Shown here: piece by piece, positions 1-9,814 of the stretch | How positions within the stretch are numbered: the first letter of the stretch is position 1 | How the letters are laid out: each line of letters starts with the position of its first letter | Source of the DNA: Bacteroidia bacterium | GTDB lineage: Bacteria > Bacteroidota > Bacteroidia > UBA7662 | Direction of reading: 5' to 3' | Assembly: GCA_049317645.1 (NCBI GenBank) | Contig: JBMOHV010000002.1 | Coordinates: forward strand, 1-50,992 | DNA length: 50,992 nt | Made by a program: the position numbers and the translations under genes | The notes under the pieces: model-generated | Seen by the model: the letters and a program-made list of their open reading frames with translations, nothing else | The model's database searches: none | What the model was told of the DNA's origin: nothing

Positions 1-110
1 AAGGAGGCGTAACCCCAGCGGTCACCGAACCCGATTCGGTCAAATACAAACTGCAACGTCACTACACCTTCCGCTACACGTTCCAGCCCAACGGGAGCCG
101 GGATTTCTAA
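1..110 (+). CDS. 3' terminal fragment of an unidentified protein-coding gene that starts left of the window
   Basis: Frame 3 is open from the window edge to TAA at 108-110 (...VKYKLQRHYTFRYTFQPNGSRDF*). Third codon positions are C/G-rich like the confident genes here. The other open frame begins with rare AGG AGG / ATA / CTA codons. Too short to assign a family. Confidence 0.35.
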   Translation, partial: GGVTPAVTEPDSVKYKLQRHYTFRYTFQPNGSRDF

Positions 111-116
111 AAATTG

Positions 117-190
117 TAGCGGGGAGCAGAATCGAACTGCCGACCTTAGGGTTATGAATCCTACGCTCTAACCATCTGAGCTACCCCGCC
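117..190 (-). tRNA. tRNA with CAU anticodon (tRNA-Met; lysidine-type tRNA-Ile2 not excluded)
   Basis: Reverse complement reads GGCGGGGTAGCTCAGATGGTTAGAGCGTAGGATTCATAACCCTAAGGTCGGCAGTTCGATTCTGCTCCCCGCTA. It has a 7-bp acceptor stem, a GCTC/GAGC D stem, a 7-nt anticodon loop TTCATAA with CAT at 34-36, and a GGCAG-TTCGATT-CTGCT T arm. CCA is not encoded. Confidence 0.85.
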
Positions 191-388
191 TCAAAGAACA
201 AATAGACCGCTTTGGGCGGTTGATGGGCGGCAAATATACATCAAGGAGCCTTGGAACTGCATTTCTTGCTGCAGTATCGCACCTGTTCCCAATTCAAGAT
301 CCATTTGCGGCGCCAAGCAAAGCTGCGGCCGCAGGTTGGACAGATTTTGGTGGGCAGAAAGGGCTTTCGGTGAGCGGTTGCCATCCAA

Positions 389-853
389 TTACTTGGCGGG
401 AAACAGGGCCTCCATGGCCTTGGTGCGGTATTCGAATATTTCTTGGAGCTGACCTCGAATCAAGAGATGCTGGGCCAAATCCCCCAAGATGCCCAAGGGC
501 GGGATGTAGGAAACCCGGTCTTCCATCCAGGTGCCGCCGTCCCCTGGGGTGAGTCGATGCTCATGGTGCCAGAAGCGGTAAGGTCCCAGAACCTGCTCAT
601 CCACAAAGTAGGAGCCGTGTTCGATTTCCGAAATACGGGTGACCCAGGTGGTGGTCCACCCCGGAAGGGGGCGAACGCGGTAGGCAATAATCATCCCAGA
701 ATGCATAACGGGTGGCAAATCAGGGGTTTGAATTTGAAAACCCATGCGGGGTGGGGTGATGCGAGCCAAATTGCGGGGGGTGGCCACAAAGTCCCAGAGG
801 GTTTCCGGGGAGGCCGGCAACCATTGTTTTTCGTAAAGCTGATAAAATCCCAT
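389..853 (-). CDS. SRPBCC-superfamily ligand-binding protein (COG4276-like)
   Basis: The track ORF 389..859 begins at a TTG; the first ATG is at 853 (MGFYQLYEKQWLP...). The string WDF...P.NL..ITPP.MGF.I......M..GMII.Y.V.P......W.T.I......YFVDEQ..GPY.FWHH.H matches my memory of the Bacteroidota SRPBCC/cyclase-dehydrase-like family. Confidence 0.6.
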   Translation of the reverse strand: MGFYQLYEKQWLPASPETLWDFVATPRNLARITPPRMGFQIQTPDLPPVMHSGMIIAYRVRPLPGWTTTWVTRISEIEHGSYFVDEQVLGPYRFWHHEHRLTPGDGGTWMEDRVSYIPPLGILGDLAQHLLIRGQLQEIFEYRTKAMEALFPAK

Positions 854-947
854 GACCAATCAACACATCAGGACACGCTTCGTTTTGATTCCGGTGGTTT
901 TAGGACGATTTTTGGGCATAGAGCGCTACGGCGCGATGAACCTCCCC

Positions 948-2309
948 ATGAATCGTTTATCCAGCATGCTCATCAGGGCCTTTGCCCTGCCCTTGGTGGC
1001 GACTTTTTTGATTGTGCAGTTCATCCTGGTCATGCAATTTCTGTGGCTTTACATCGATGACCTGGTGGGCAAAGGCTTGGAATGGTGGATCATCGCCGAG
1101 CTCATCTTTTACGCCTCGGCCAGTTTTGTGCCAATGGCTCTGCCCTTGGCCCTTCTTTTGGCTTCCATTATGACGCTGGGTAACCTGGCGGAGAACGGGG
1201 AATTGACGGCCATCAAAGCATCGGGGATTTCGTTCATGCGTTTTTTGCGTCCACTGTTGGTCGTGGTTGTAGGGATTTCGATGCTGGCTTTTTATTTCTC
1301 GGATACCCTGCTCCCCTCCTCTCGGCTCAAATTTGGTTCGCTCCTGTACGATGTTCAACAAAAAAAGCCATCCCTCGCCATCAAGCCCGGCGTTTTTTAC
1401 CAAGACATCGAAGGCTATTCCCTGATGGTCCGTCGCAAAGGCAAGGATCCGCAGACCCTTCTTGGTATTTGGATCTACGACCGGACGATTTCGGGATCCT
1501 ACCCCCAGGTCACCTACGCCAAACAAGGCCGGTTGATTCACAGCCCGGACCAGCGTTTTTTGACCATCGAACTCCGCAACGGCTTCACCTACGCGGACCG
1601 TACCCCATCGGGCAAAACCAACCTAAGCGATGGTGAATCCAGGATTCGTTTCAAAAAGCAAGAGATTCATTTGGACCTCAGCCAACTCAAACTGCGGCGT
1701 AGCGACGAAAGCCTCTTCAAAGATTATTATTCCATGCTCAATTCCAAGCAGTTACGACTGGCTATTGACTCCCTGCGTCGCGACAATGCCAGCCGTGATT
1801 CGGCCCTCAATGCTTTGATATTGGGGCAGTATCACTTTGGTCGACCCCATTCCGATCCCGTTTTTGATTCAGCGTTGACCGAAGGGATTCCGCCTTCGAC
1901 TTGGAACGACCCCGAACTATCGCAGGAGGCCCTTCGCCAAATCCAAACGGTGCGATCCTACACCGATATGAAAAACCGGGAAATGCAGAGTCGCAAAGAA
2001 CTGACTGCACGTTATGTTATCGAATTGCATCGAAAATTTTCTTTGTCTTTTGCCTGCATTCTTTTGTTTTTGCTAGGAGCCCCGCTGGGCGCCATCATTC
2101 GCAAAGGAGGTCTGGGCATGCCAACGGTGGTGGCCATTGCAGGGTTTTTGGTTTATCATATCCTGACCATGACCAGCGAAAAATTAGCCCGGGAAGGGAG
2201 TCTGGCTCCGGAATGGTCCATGTGGATTTCCAGCCTGTTCCTATTGCCGGTAGCCCTGGTTTTGGTTTACCGAGCCAACCGAGACCGAACTTTTCGTTGG
2301 ATTAGCTGA
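948..2309 (+). CDS. LptF/LptG-family LPS export permease (YjgP/YjgQ)
   Basis: MNRLSSMLIRAFALPLVATFLIVQFILVMQFLWLYIDDLVGKGL has the typical N-terminus of this family. The layout is three N-terminal TM helices, a large periplasmic insert, then three C-terminal TM helices. ATG 948 is preferred; ATG 936 and ATG 852 are alternatives. Confidence 0.8.
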   Translation: MNRLSSMLIRAFALPLVATFLIVQFILVMQFLWLYIDDLVGKGLEWWIIAELIFYASASFVPMALPLALLLASIMTLGNLAENGELTAIKASGISFMRFLRPLLVVVVGISMLAFYFSDTLLPSSRLKFGSLLYDVQQKKPSLAIKPGVFYQDIEGYSLMVRRKGKDPQTLLGIWIYDRTISGSYPQVTYAKQGRLIHSPDQRFLTIELRNGFTYADRTPSGKTNLSDGESRIRFKKQEIHLDLSQLKLRRSDESLFKDYYSMLNSKQLRLAIDSLRRDNASRDSALNALILGQYHFGRPHSDPVFDSALTEGIPPSTWNDPELSQEALRQIQTVRSYTDMKNREMQSRKELTARYVIELHRKFSLSFACILLFLLGAPLGAIIRKGGLGMPTVVAIAGFLVYHILTMTSEKLAREGSLAPEWSMWISSLFLLPVALVLVYRANRDRTFRWIS

Positions 2310-2319
2310 AGAACCGGTC

Positions 2320-3579
2320 ATGGACACAGCCTCCTCTTCCCTGAAGGTCCTTCAGGTTTACAACCGAATCCCCTACCCCGTGCGGGATGGAGGGGTCAAA
2401 GCGGTGCACCATATGGCCACCTGTTTGGAGCAATTAGGGCACAAGGTTCGCTGGTTTTGCATGAATCCCACCCGAAACCGGGTCGAACCCTCGGAGCTTC
2501 CATCGGACTTGGCCCAAGGCCGAAGGATGCAAACCGTGGACCTGCGCAGCGATATCTCGGTGTTCGGAGCCCTGCTTTCGTTGTTTCAACGCAAACCCTA
2601 CCACCTCAGTCGTTTTGAACAAGACGACGTTTCCAAAAAACTACGCCAAACCCTGGATGAAGAGCAACCGGACATGGTCCTCGTGGAGGGGCTTGCGGCC
2701 GCGCTCTACTTGCCTTTGTTGCGCCTATACCCGGTGCGAGTTTTCTACAGAGCTCACAATGTCGAAAGTGAAATCTTGCGCCAAAAAGCCCGTTCCTATC
2801 CCCGTTGGCATCCCTTGTTTTGGTGGCTAGGCTTGGAATACCGCAAAGTGTTAGCGTTTGAAAAAAAAATATTGAACGAATCCGACGCCGTCTTGGCAAT
2901 CAGCGCCGAAGACGCCGTAACATTATCCAAAATGCAGTCTTCCCCCAAGCCCGTGATGACCTTGGGCTACTGGCCACCAAATCCATCCACCCCAAAAGAC
3001 CTTGCGGCCTTTCATAACAACGCTCAAGGACTACGAGGGCCGGACCATCCCGGGCTCCGCTTGGGATTCATCGGCACCTTGGATTGGTTGCCCAACTTGG
3101 ATGCCGTTCAGTGGTTTTTGGAGGATTGGCTTCCTCAATTCCGCACGATTCATCCATCGCCAACCTTCCACCTCGCCGGCCGCAAGATGCCTTCTGGATT
3201 GGGAGCGGATCTCCCAGGGGTCGTGGTTCACGGCGAAGTAGAGGACGCCTCCGCCTTTATGGCGCAATGCGACCTTCTGGTGATGCCATTGCGCATGGGA
3301 AGCGGTCTCAAAATCAAGGCCCTGGAGGCCATTTGGTTGGGCATTCCCCTCCTTTCGACCGCCCTGGGGGTTCAGGGGCTGGGCCTGCGGCCTCGTTTGG
3401 ACTATTGGCCGGCCGAAAACCCTGCAGACTTTCTTGAAGGTCTTCAAAGACTCCACGCAGAGCCCGAGCTATTGGACCAACTGCGGCAAAACGCCCTCCA
3501 AACGCTGAAGAACCACCTTCAACCGGATCTTCAATTGAAGAGCCTTTCGGCCCTGCTTCAACCTTTAACTTCGGCTTGA
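2320..3579 (+). CDS. Glycosyltransferase, GT4 (GT-B fold) family
   Basis: N-terminal KVLQVYNRIPYPVRDGGVKAV (the G-rich acceptor-domain start typical of GT4). C-terminal PLRMGSGLKIKALEAIWLGIPLLST (the E-x7-E-like donor-binding region). Confidence 0.75.
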   Translation: MDTASSSLKVLQVYNRIPYPVRDGGVKAVHHMATCLEQLGHKVRWFCMNPTRNRVEPSELPSDLAQGRRMQTVDLRSDISVFGALLSLFQRKPYHLSRFEQDDVSKKLRQTLDEEQPDMVLVEGLAAALYLPLLRLYPVRVFYRAHNVESEILRQKARSYPRWHPLFWWLGLEYRKVLAFEKKILNESDAVLAISAEDAVTLSKMQSSPKPVMTLGYWPPNPSTPKDLAAFHNNAQGLRGPDHPGLRLGFIGTLDWLPNLDAVQWFLEDWLPQFRTIHPSPTFHLAGRKMPSGLGADLPGVVVHGEVEDASAFMAQCDLLVMPLRMGSGLKIKALEAIWLGIPLLSTALGVQGLGLRPRLDYWPAENPADFLEGLQRLHAEPELLDQLRQNALQTLKNHLQPDLQLKSLSALLQPLTSA

Positions 3580-3583
3580 ATCC

Positions 3584-4771
3584 ATGTGGTCGTTTGTAAC
3601 AGGTTTGCTATCATCCGCTGCGCTCTTTCACAGCTACATCCTCTACCCCTGGCATATGCGCCGGGCGGCCCGTCATCAAGAAGACTTTGAACCGCTGGAG
3701 TCGTTTCCGGAGGTCGTCATCCTGATGGCGGCCCGCAACGAAGAAAAGCATATCCGCCCCAAAGTCCTTTCGGTCTTTCGCTCTTCCTACCCCAAGGCCA
3801 AGATTAAATTCTATGTCGGAACCGATGCCTGTACCGACCAAACCGATCCCATCCTGGAAGAACTAACGACCGTCTACCCGGGTTTGAGGCATCGCCGCTT
3901 TGAAAAAAGAACCGGCAAGCCCCGTATCATTCAAGCCCTCTACGAAGAGGTCTGCCTCGAAAACCCCGAGGACGCCATCCTGGTTCTTACCGATGCCGAT
4001 ACGCTTTTGGAAGAAAAAACCTTGGCAGAATTGGTGCTTCCATTTGGAGAAACAAACGTCGGTGGGGTGCAGGCTCGCATTTTGGCGATCCAACCGGATC
4101 AAACCCAGTCCACCAAGGTCTCGGCACCCGAAATCCAATACCTGGAACGGGAAATGATCACCAAGCAAGGCGAATCCCAACGCGGTTGTGTCATGGGAGG
4201 CTACGGGGCCCTCATGGCTTTGCGCTGCTCGGATTTCCAAAAAGTCCCTGAAGGCTTTATTGTCGATGATTTTTATTGGTTCGCGGCCATCTTGCGCAGA
4301 GGTCGGCGAGTGGTTTTTGCCCCCAACGCCGTGGCCCGTATGCCCATTGAAGGCGATGCAGCTGTACAGTTCCGCCGCAAACGCCGATTGGGCAAAGGCA
4401 ACCTCCAAAACTTATGGGCCTTCCGCGCCCTGGCCCTGAATCCCCGCCTGGCCTATGCATGGATTTCTCACAAAGTCATCCGTTGGCTGAGTCCTTGGCT
4501 CCTGCTGGTCACCGTTTTGTCCTGGGGATGGGCCTTGAGTGGCAGCGCATGGGGACTGGCCTTGGTATTCCTGGGCGGAATTGAATTCACCGCCCTCTTG
4601 TTTTTGATTCAGCGCAATCGACGAACTCCCGCCGTTTGGGCCCAACGCTTGGGTGCTCCTTTGCATTTCTTGCACATGAATCTGGCCCTGGCCCTAGGGG
4701 CCTGGGATTTGTTATGGGAAAAAGTAAGGGGACGACAGGGCCGCGTTTGGTGGGATAACCAAAAGCCCTAA
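3584..4771 (+). CDS. Glycosyltransferase family 2 with C-terminal transmembrane helices
   Basis: VVILMAARNEEKHI (GT-A N-terminal strand), LTDADT (DXD motif), QFRRKRRLGKG (Q/RxxRW-like region), followed by hydrophobic helices. Only 4 nt separate it from the upstream GT4 gene. Confidence 0.75.
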   Translation: MWSFVTGLLSSAALFHSYILYPWHMRRAARHQEDFEPLESFPEVVILMAARNEEKHIRPKVLSVFRSSYPKAKIKFYVGTDACTDQTDPILEELTTVYPGLRHRRFEKRTGKPRIIQALYEEVCLENPEDAILVLTDADTLLEEKTLAELVLPFGETNVGGVQARILAIQPDQTQSTKVSAPEIQYLEREMITKQGESQRGCVMGGYGALMALRCSDFQKVPEGFIVDDFYWFAAILRRGRRVVFAPNAVARMPIEGDAAVQFRRKRRLGKGNLQNLWAFRALALNPRLAYAWISHKVIRWLSPWLLLVTVLSWGWALSGSAWGLALVFLGGIEFTALLFLIQRNRRTPAVWAQRLGAPLHFLHMNLALALGAWDLLWEKVRGRQGRVWWDNQKP

Positions 4772-5964
4772 AATCCAACCGACAAACCGCCGCAATACCC
4801 TTTGTATTCACCCAAGGTGAATGCCTCGGCATGCACGGCAATCATCAGGATCTTGGCCCTTACGCCAAGCCCCATTCGCAAGGTGCGGTTGCTTTTGGTT
4901 TCGATATCCAAGGGCTTGTCCAGCGAGGTCCATTCCTCGGTGAACCGCAAAGGATTGTTTGGATCGGGGGTCAAACCGCTGCGTATCGGGTAATTTCCTT
5001 CGGCCACCAAGCGAAAAGTAGATTCCTGCATGCCCACACTCGCAAAACCGGTGACCATGAGAATTTTTTTGGAGAGAATCAGGCCGAGGCCCGTTGCCCT
5101 CCCTTCCATAAACAGCCGTTGCTTTGAAAAATCCTCGGAACCGTTGATCCGATAATCCGCCAAAACCAGGTTCCCAGGAAGGGTGCGTGGATAATCCGAA
5201 GCGCTTGGTCCGTCAACGCGGGTATCCAGGGCGTAACTCATCCGAGAATGATTGGCATAAACACTCATGCTCAGAGGAAAGCGCTTGAGGACCGGAATCC
5301 ATTGCAATAGCTCGTGTTTGATGCCGACCCCCCAAAAACGAATCTCTCCTCGTAACAAATTATCAGGCACCAAATTCCCTCCCACGGTCGATAGATCCAA
5401 AACCGGCGCATACCGAATATTGAGCTCGGTATTTTTGATCAGGCCGATATTGGCTTGGATATAAGGCGCAAACACATTACGCATTCCCAATCCTTTGAGC
5501 AGATCCGGCAACGTATCCAATGCGACCGATCGCAGGCCACCCGGAGCGGTGGAATCTGCCAAAGTTCCAAACACAACCCAGGATGGCGATGCGGCATTTC
5601 GTTCGCCGGCAATGGTGGGAACCCGATCGGCCTGCCCTCCCAAGGGGCGTATGTTCTGCAAGCCCAAGGCATTGGCATCAAAGGTCCGGTCTGTTTCGGG
5701 CAGGGTCAACATGGTGGCCCCGGCCTGGACATTGAAGCGTAGGAGTTTAAGAGAATTGGCTGTATTGAACCAGTTTTGACCCAAAGCCTGCGAAAAACCC
5801 CGACCCAACGGGCCCACATAGGCGCCCACCAAACGATTGGCATCTTCACGGCCTCCGGATAACACCCCCAGGGCTGCATCCTGGGCACGGACCTTGGTCA
5901 TGGTACATCCAAAGACAACTACAAGGATAAAATACAAGGAGGAGGAGCGGAAGAAATGATTCAT
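4768..5964 (-). CDS. Secreted outer-membrane beta-barrel-like protein of unknown function
   Basis: Signal peptide MNHFFRSSSLYFILVVVFGCTMTKVRAQ. Alternating hydrophobic/polar strands throughout. The terminal ...GGLSVGF ends in Phe, like an OMP beta-signal. I cannot name a family with confidence. Confidence 0.55.
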   Translation of the reverse strand: MNHFFRSSSLYFILVVVFGCTMTKVRAQDAALGVLSGGREDANRLVGAYVGPLGRGFSQALGQNWFNTANSLKLLRFNVQAGATMLTLPETDRTFDANALGLQNIRPLGGQADRVPTIAGERNAASPSWVVFGTLADSTAPGGLRSVALDTLPDLLKGLGMRNVFAPYIQANIGLIKNTELNIRYAPVLDLSTVGGNLVPDNLLRGEIRFWGVGIKHELLQWIPVLKRFPLSMSVYANHSRMSYALDTRVDGPSASDYPRTLPGNLVLADYRINGSEDFSKQRLFMEGRATGLGLILSKKILMVTGFASVGMQESTFRLVAEGNYPIRSGLTPDPNNPLRFTEEWTSLDKPLDIETKSNRTLRMGLGVRAKILMIAVHAEAFTLGEYKGYCGGLSVGF

Positions 5965-6024
5965 TGTGTTCCTGTTAAAGTGAAAGGCAAACCGAATACG
6001 GCGAAGATACGCCGTAAGGATAAA

Positions 6025-7182
6025 TCAAATACGATCGGAAGCAGGAAGGTTCGCCAAAGCTGGGGGTCTCAATTCCAAAACAGCCTGCAAGACTTCCTCC
6101 ACTTGAATCCGATTCATGCAGGGGTTGTCCGGAAGAACACAGCGGATTTGGCCGCAGGGGTTGCAGGGTAATTTTTTGTGCAATGCCCTGAAAAATGGCA
6201 CTTTGGGAGAAAATATTTCGGGCTCCCCTGGCCCAAAAAGCCCTACCGTGGGACAACCGGCGGCGACCGCTAAGTGCATGGGACCGCTTTCATTTCCAAC
6301 CATCAGATGCGCCCCTGCCAACAAAGGAATCAACCTCGATACAGGGCGGCCCTCCATCCAAGTATGAGTTTCAAAATCCAGCATTGCGCGGATGCGCTCC
6401 ACATCGCCTTGCTCATCCGGTGTTCCAACAAAAACAATGTCCAAATCCATTTCGGCGTGCAATCGGCGTGCCAATTCGGCCCAGCGATGTAGCGACCATC
6501 TTCGTAACAATTTTCGGGCCCCGGTATGGAGAATCGCGTAATGCGTCAAATCGTGCCGATTCAAAAAGAGCTCGGCCTCCGTACGAGCGGCCGGGACGGT
6601 CCTCAACAGACTTTGACCGGGCTGATCCATGCCCATACATCGCAGGCTTTCCTCCGGACCCGCCTTCAGCCAAGGACCCGCCAGTACCAGGTTGATATCC
6701 CATTCATGGAGCTGAGGCTTGCCTACCAAGCGACGCTGCAAACGAATCGTGCCCCGATCTCGGCGCGCTCTCACCCCGATCTTCAAAGCATAGAGGAGCG
6801 TTCGCCAGTTTCCCCTCCCCTCAATAACCACATCGTAAGCCATTTCGGGAGGGGGTGCTTGTTCTTTCCATACTCGATGAAGCCCATCTTGACCCTCCAT
6901 CCACTCTCCAACCGTACGATTGCACCATAGATCGATTTTGGCACCGGGATTGTCCTTCGCAAGGGCCTTGATCATGGGGAGGGTGGTGACCATATCTCCG
7001 ATTTCGTCCAATCGTATGACCAAAAAACGCAAGCCCCCACCGCTCCTGTTTTCTTCGGCCCTCCTAAGGCGGCGTCCGAAGGGATGAAACAAGGTACCCA
7101 ACAAGGGCCAAAACAGTCCGCAAAGGGCCGAGACCCCAAAGTACAAGCGCTCGTTTCGCAACATCCCTGCAAATCTGAGCAT
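6025..7182 (-). CDS. Glycosyltransferase family 9 (heptosyltransferase-like)
   Basis: LVIRLDEIGDMVTTLPMIKAL (the GT9 N-terminal signature) and GNESGPMHLAVAAGCPTVGLFGP (the GT9 C-terminal signature). The track start at 7188 is a TTG; the first ATG is at 7182. Confidence 0.8.
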   Translation of the reverse strand: MLRFAGMLRNERLYFGVSALCGLFWPLLGTLFHPFGRRLRRAEENRSGGGLRFLVIRLDEIGDMVTTLPMIKALAKDNPGAKIDLWCNRTVGEWMEGQDGLHRVWKEQAPPPEMAYDVVIEGRGNWRTLLYALKIGVRARRDRGTIRLQRRLVGKPQLHEWDINLVLAGPWLKAGPEESLRCMGMDQPGQSLLRTVPAARTEAELFLNRHDLTHYAILHTGARKLLRRWSLHRWAELARRLHAEMDLDIVFVGTPDEQGDVERIRAMLDFETHTWMEGRPVSRLIPLLAGAHLMVGNESGPMHLAVAAGCPTVGLFGPGEPEIFSPKVPFFRALHKKLPCNPCGQIRCVLPDNPCMNRIQVEEVLQAVLELRPPALANLPASDRI

Positions 7183-7271
7183 AAACAACCCTTCTTGGAA
7201 CGCTGACCACGGCGATGGGTGGTCCCTAGGCTGTATTTTTACGATTCATCAAGCGTTGAGACCCCCAAACC

Positions 7272-8375
7272 ATGCCAAACAACCAAAACGAATACGATTC
7301 CTCGGGAATTTTTCGGTTCCTCTGGACCCACCGCCTTTTGCTGGGCCTAGGCGGCCTGAGCGGAGCCTTGTTAGGTGTCCTTTTTTCGTCCTCCTGGTTT
7401 GTCACCCCCCTCTATGAATCCAAAGTCGTTTTTTACCCTGCAACGGTGAATTCGATTTCCAAGGCCCTCCTCTCGGACAACCCTTCCGACAAAACCGATG
7501 TTATGGAATTCGGGGCCGAGGAGCAGAGTGACCAACTGATTCAAGTTTTGTATTCGGACGATATTCGCGATAGCATTGTTAGTCGATTTGACTTGATGAA
7601 CCATTACGAAATTCCTGTCAATGCCAAATTTCGTAACACTTTATTGCAAAAAGAATACGAAAAACTCATTCAATTTAAACGAACGGAATACATGTCGGTG
7701 GAAATCACCGTCCGGGACCGGGATCCTAAGACTGCAGCCGAAATCGCCAATACCATCGCCGCTCTCCTGGACCAAACCAAAAACAAAATTCAGAGTGAAC
7801 AGGCCCAAAAGTCTTTTAAAATCGTTGAAAATCAATACCTTGCCAAGAAAGCTTGGATCGAAAAGCTCAACGATTCCCTTAATTTTTTTCGTTCGCAAGG
7901 CATCTTTGATTACGACCTTCAAGCAGACCACCTCACCGAAGTTCAGGTTCAATCCTTGTCGACCCGAGCCGAGGCCCAGGGCAAACTTGAAATCCTGCGC
8001 AAGCTCAAGGTCAGCGAATCCGATACCGGCATTATCAACAACCTGGCGAGGCAGCAGGGCAGCGAAGCATCTTTAAAGGATATAGGTCGCCAGCTCAAAG
8101 TTCTAGAGCTTTACGGAGGCGCCTACAATTCGGTCAAGGAACAACTCGAAAAAGAGAACGAAGAATTGGTCAAGGTCCGAATGCGCTACGATCGCTCCCG
8201 GGTTGACTTGGAAGAGGTGCTTCCGGTCAAATTTCTGGTGAATTCTGCCCGGCCATCCGAAAAGAAGGCCTACCCGGTGCGTTGGCTGATTGTGGTCCTG
8301 GCCGGGACCGGCTCCTTGATCCTGGCCGCCCTTTACGCGACTTTTCGGCATCATTTACAGGAACTGAAAGATTAA
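7272..8375 (+). CDS. Wzz/GumC-like polysaccharide chain-length determinant protein
   Basis: N-terminal TM helix followed by TPLYESKVVFYP (a Wzz-domain start), a long coiled-coil-like hydrophilic middle, and a second TM helix at the C-terminus (WLIVVLAGTGSLILAALYATF). Confidence 0.65.
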   Translation: MPNNQNEYDSSGIFRFLWTHRLLLGLGGLSGALLGVLFSSSWFVTPLYESKVVFYPATVNSISKALLSDNPSDKTDVMEFGAEEQSDQLIQVLYSDDIRDSIVSRFDLMNHYEIPVNAKFRNTLLQKEYEKLIQFKRTEYMSVEITVRDRDPKTAAEIANTIAALLDQTKNKIQSEQAQKSFKIVENQYLAKKAWIEKLNDSLNFFRSQGIFDYDLQADHLTEVQVQSLSTRAEAQGKLEILRKLKVSESDTGIINNLARQQGSEASLKDIGRQLKVLELYGGAYNSVKEQLEKENEELVKVRMRYDRSRVDLEEVLPVKFLVNSARPSEKKAYPVRWLIVVLAGTGSLILAALYATFRHHLQELKD

Positions 8376-9814
8376 TGCAGCGCTGGGCCTTTGGACTGCT
8401 GGCCGGGGCCTGGGCGCTGGTTTTGGGCGGAGGACTTGCCTTGGAGCAATGGTGGGTTCTAGCCCTCCCTTTTGGGTTGGCATTTTTGGCCTTGTGCATC
8501 CTTCGTTTGGATGCGGCTCTTCTTGTTCTGGCTGCTCTTACGCCCCTTAGTGTGCTTATCGATGATCCGTCGTTGGGTTTTGCTGTTCAAATTCCCACCG
8601 ACCCCATGATGTTGGTCATCAGTGCCGTTCTGGTCGGCCGATGGCTTTGGATCCAACCCCCCTCCAAGGCCTTGCTGACCCATCCCATCACCCTCATCCT
8701 CGTGTTATGGACCCTTTGGATGGTGTACACGATTCCCCCTTCTTCGAGTCCCTGGGTTTCCCTCAAATTTGTATTATCGAATACCTGGAAAGTTTTGCCC
8801 TGTTATTTTGGCGCAGTCCTCCTCTTCCAAAAAAATCGTAACATTCTTCGATTCTGGTGGTTGTACCTTATTCCGCTGGCTTTTGTCGCGGCTTGGAGTC
8901 TCTATCAGCACGCCAACGATGGCTTTACCAAAGAGGCCAGTTATTGGGCCTCCGAACCATTTGTTATCAACCATGGTATTTACGGGGCGATGCTGGCATT
9001 TCTGATCCCGCTGGTGGTCCTTTACTTGATTAAACCCGAAATGCTTGGGAGCACAGCCCGCCTACGGCCATTGTTTTTGGCGCTCCTAATCCTCCTGACC
9101 ATCGCCGTCATCATGAGCTATACGCGGGCCGCTTGGGTGAGTTTGGCCGCTGCCATGGGTTTTTGGCTGGTCTTGGTATCGGGCCTACGGTTTCGTTGGT
9201 TTATGACCGTGATCGTTCTGGTGACGGTTTTGGTGGCCATCAACAGCGGGCCGCTCCTGATGTTTTTGATGCGTAACAAAACCGATTCCCAAGACCGCCT
9301 CGACAAGCATCTTCAATCCATCTCCAATGTTCGCAGCGATGCCTCCAATTTGGAACGACTCAACCGCTGGGCGGCGGGACTGCGGATGTTCCAAGAACGA
9401 CCCTGGCTGGGTTGGGGACCGGGTACCTACATGTTGCAATACGCTCCCTACCAAAACCCCTACCAAAAAACCATTATCAGCACCAACAACGCGGATGTAG
9501 GAGGAATTCACTCTGAATATTTTGGACCCCTGGTCGAAACGGGCGTTCCTGGCTTCCTTCTTTTTGCGAGTCTGGTTTTGGCCTCCCTCCAAAGGGGCAT
9601 GGTCCTATGGCGGCGTTTTAAAAATCCGGAACACCAACGCGAGCGGGCCCTGTCCTTGGCGGCAGTCCTGGGACTGGTCACCTACTATACCCACGGTTTG
9701 CTTAACAATTACCTGGATATGGACAAAACCGCCCTGTTATTTTGGTCCATGTTGGCCGTCTTGGTAGCCTTGGACCTCAAAACAACCCCCCCAAGCAACA
9801 AGCTTAACACTTAG
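8375..9814 (+). CDS. O-antigen ligase (WaaL/Wzy_C)-family membrane protein
   Basis: Polytopic membrane protein carrying SYTRAAWVSLAAAMGFWLV (the Wzy_C core) and a periplasmic loop. ATG 8375 overlaps the Wzz-like stop (TAATG), which suggests translational coupling. The track ORF begins further upstream, inside the previous gene. Confidence 0.7.
   Translation: MQRWAFGLLAGAWALVLGGGLALEQWWVLALPFGLAFLALCILRLDAALLVLAALTPLSVLIDDPSLGFAVQIPTDPMMLVISAVLVGRWLWIQPPSKALLTHPITLILVLWTLWMVYTIPPSSSPWVSLKFVLSNTWKVLPCYFGAVLLFQKNRNILRFWWLYLIPLAFVAAWSLYQHANDGFTKEASYWASEPFVINHGIYGAMLAFLIPLVVLYLIKPEMLGSTARLRPLFLALLILLTIAVIMSYTRAAWVSLAAAMGFWLVLVSGLRFRWFMTVIVLVTVLVAINSGPLLMFLMRNKTDSQDRLDKHLQSISNVRSDASNLERLNRWAAGLRMFQERPWLGWGPGTYMLQYAPYQNPYQKTIISTNNADVGGIHSEYFGPLVETGVPGFLLFASLVLASLQRGMVLWRRFKNPEHQRERALSLAAVLGLVTYYTHGLLNNYLDMDKTALLFWSMLAVLVALDLKTTPPSNKLNT

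Noticed and set aside
191-388. ORFs of 65 and 110 aa, and a small ACCGC/GCGGT hairpin, between the tRNA and the SRPBCC gene. I also considered a hidden ncRNA.
   Set aside because: The ORFs overlap each other on opposite strands and look random. I found no recognisable RNA-family signature (tmRNA, 6S, SRP, RNase P).
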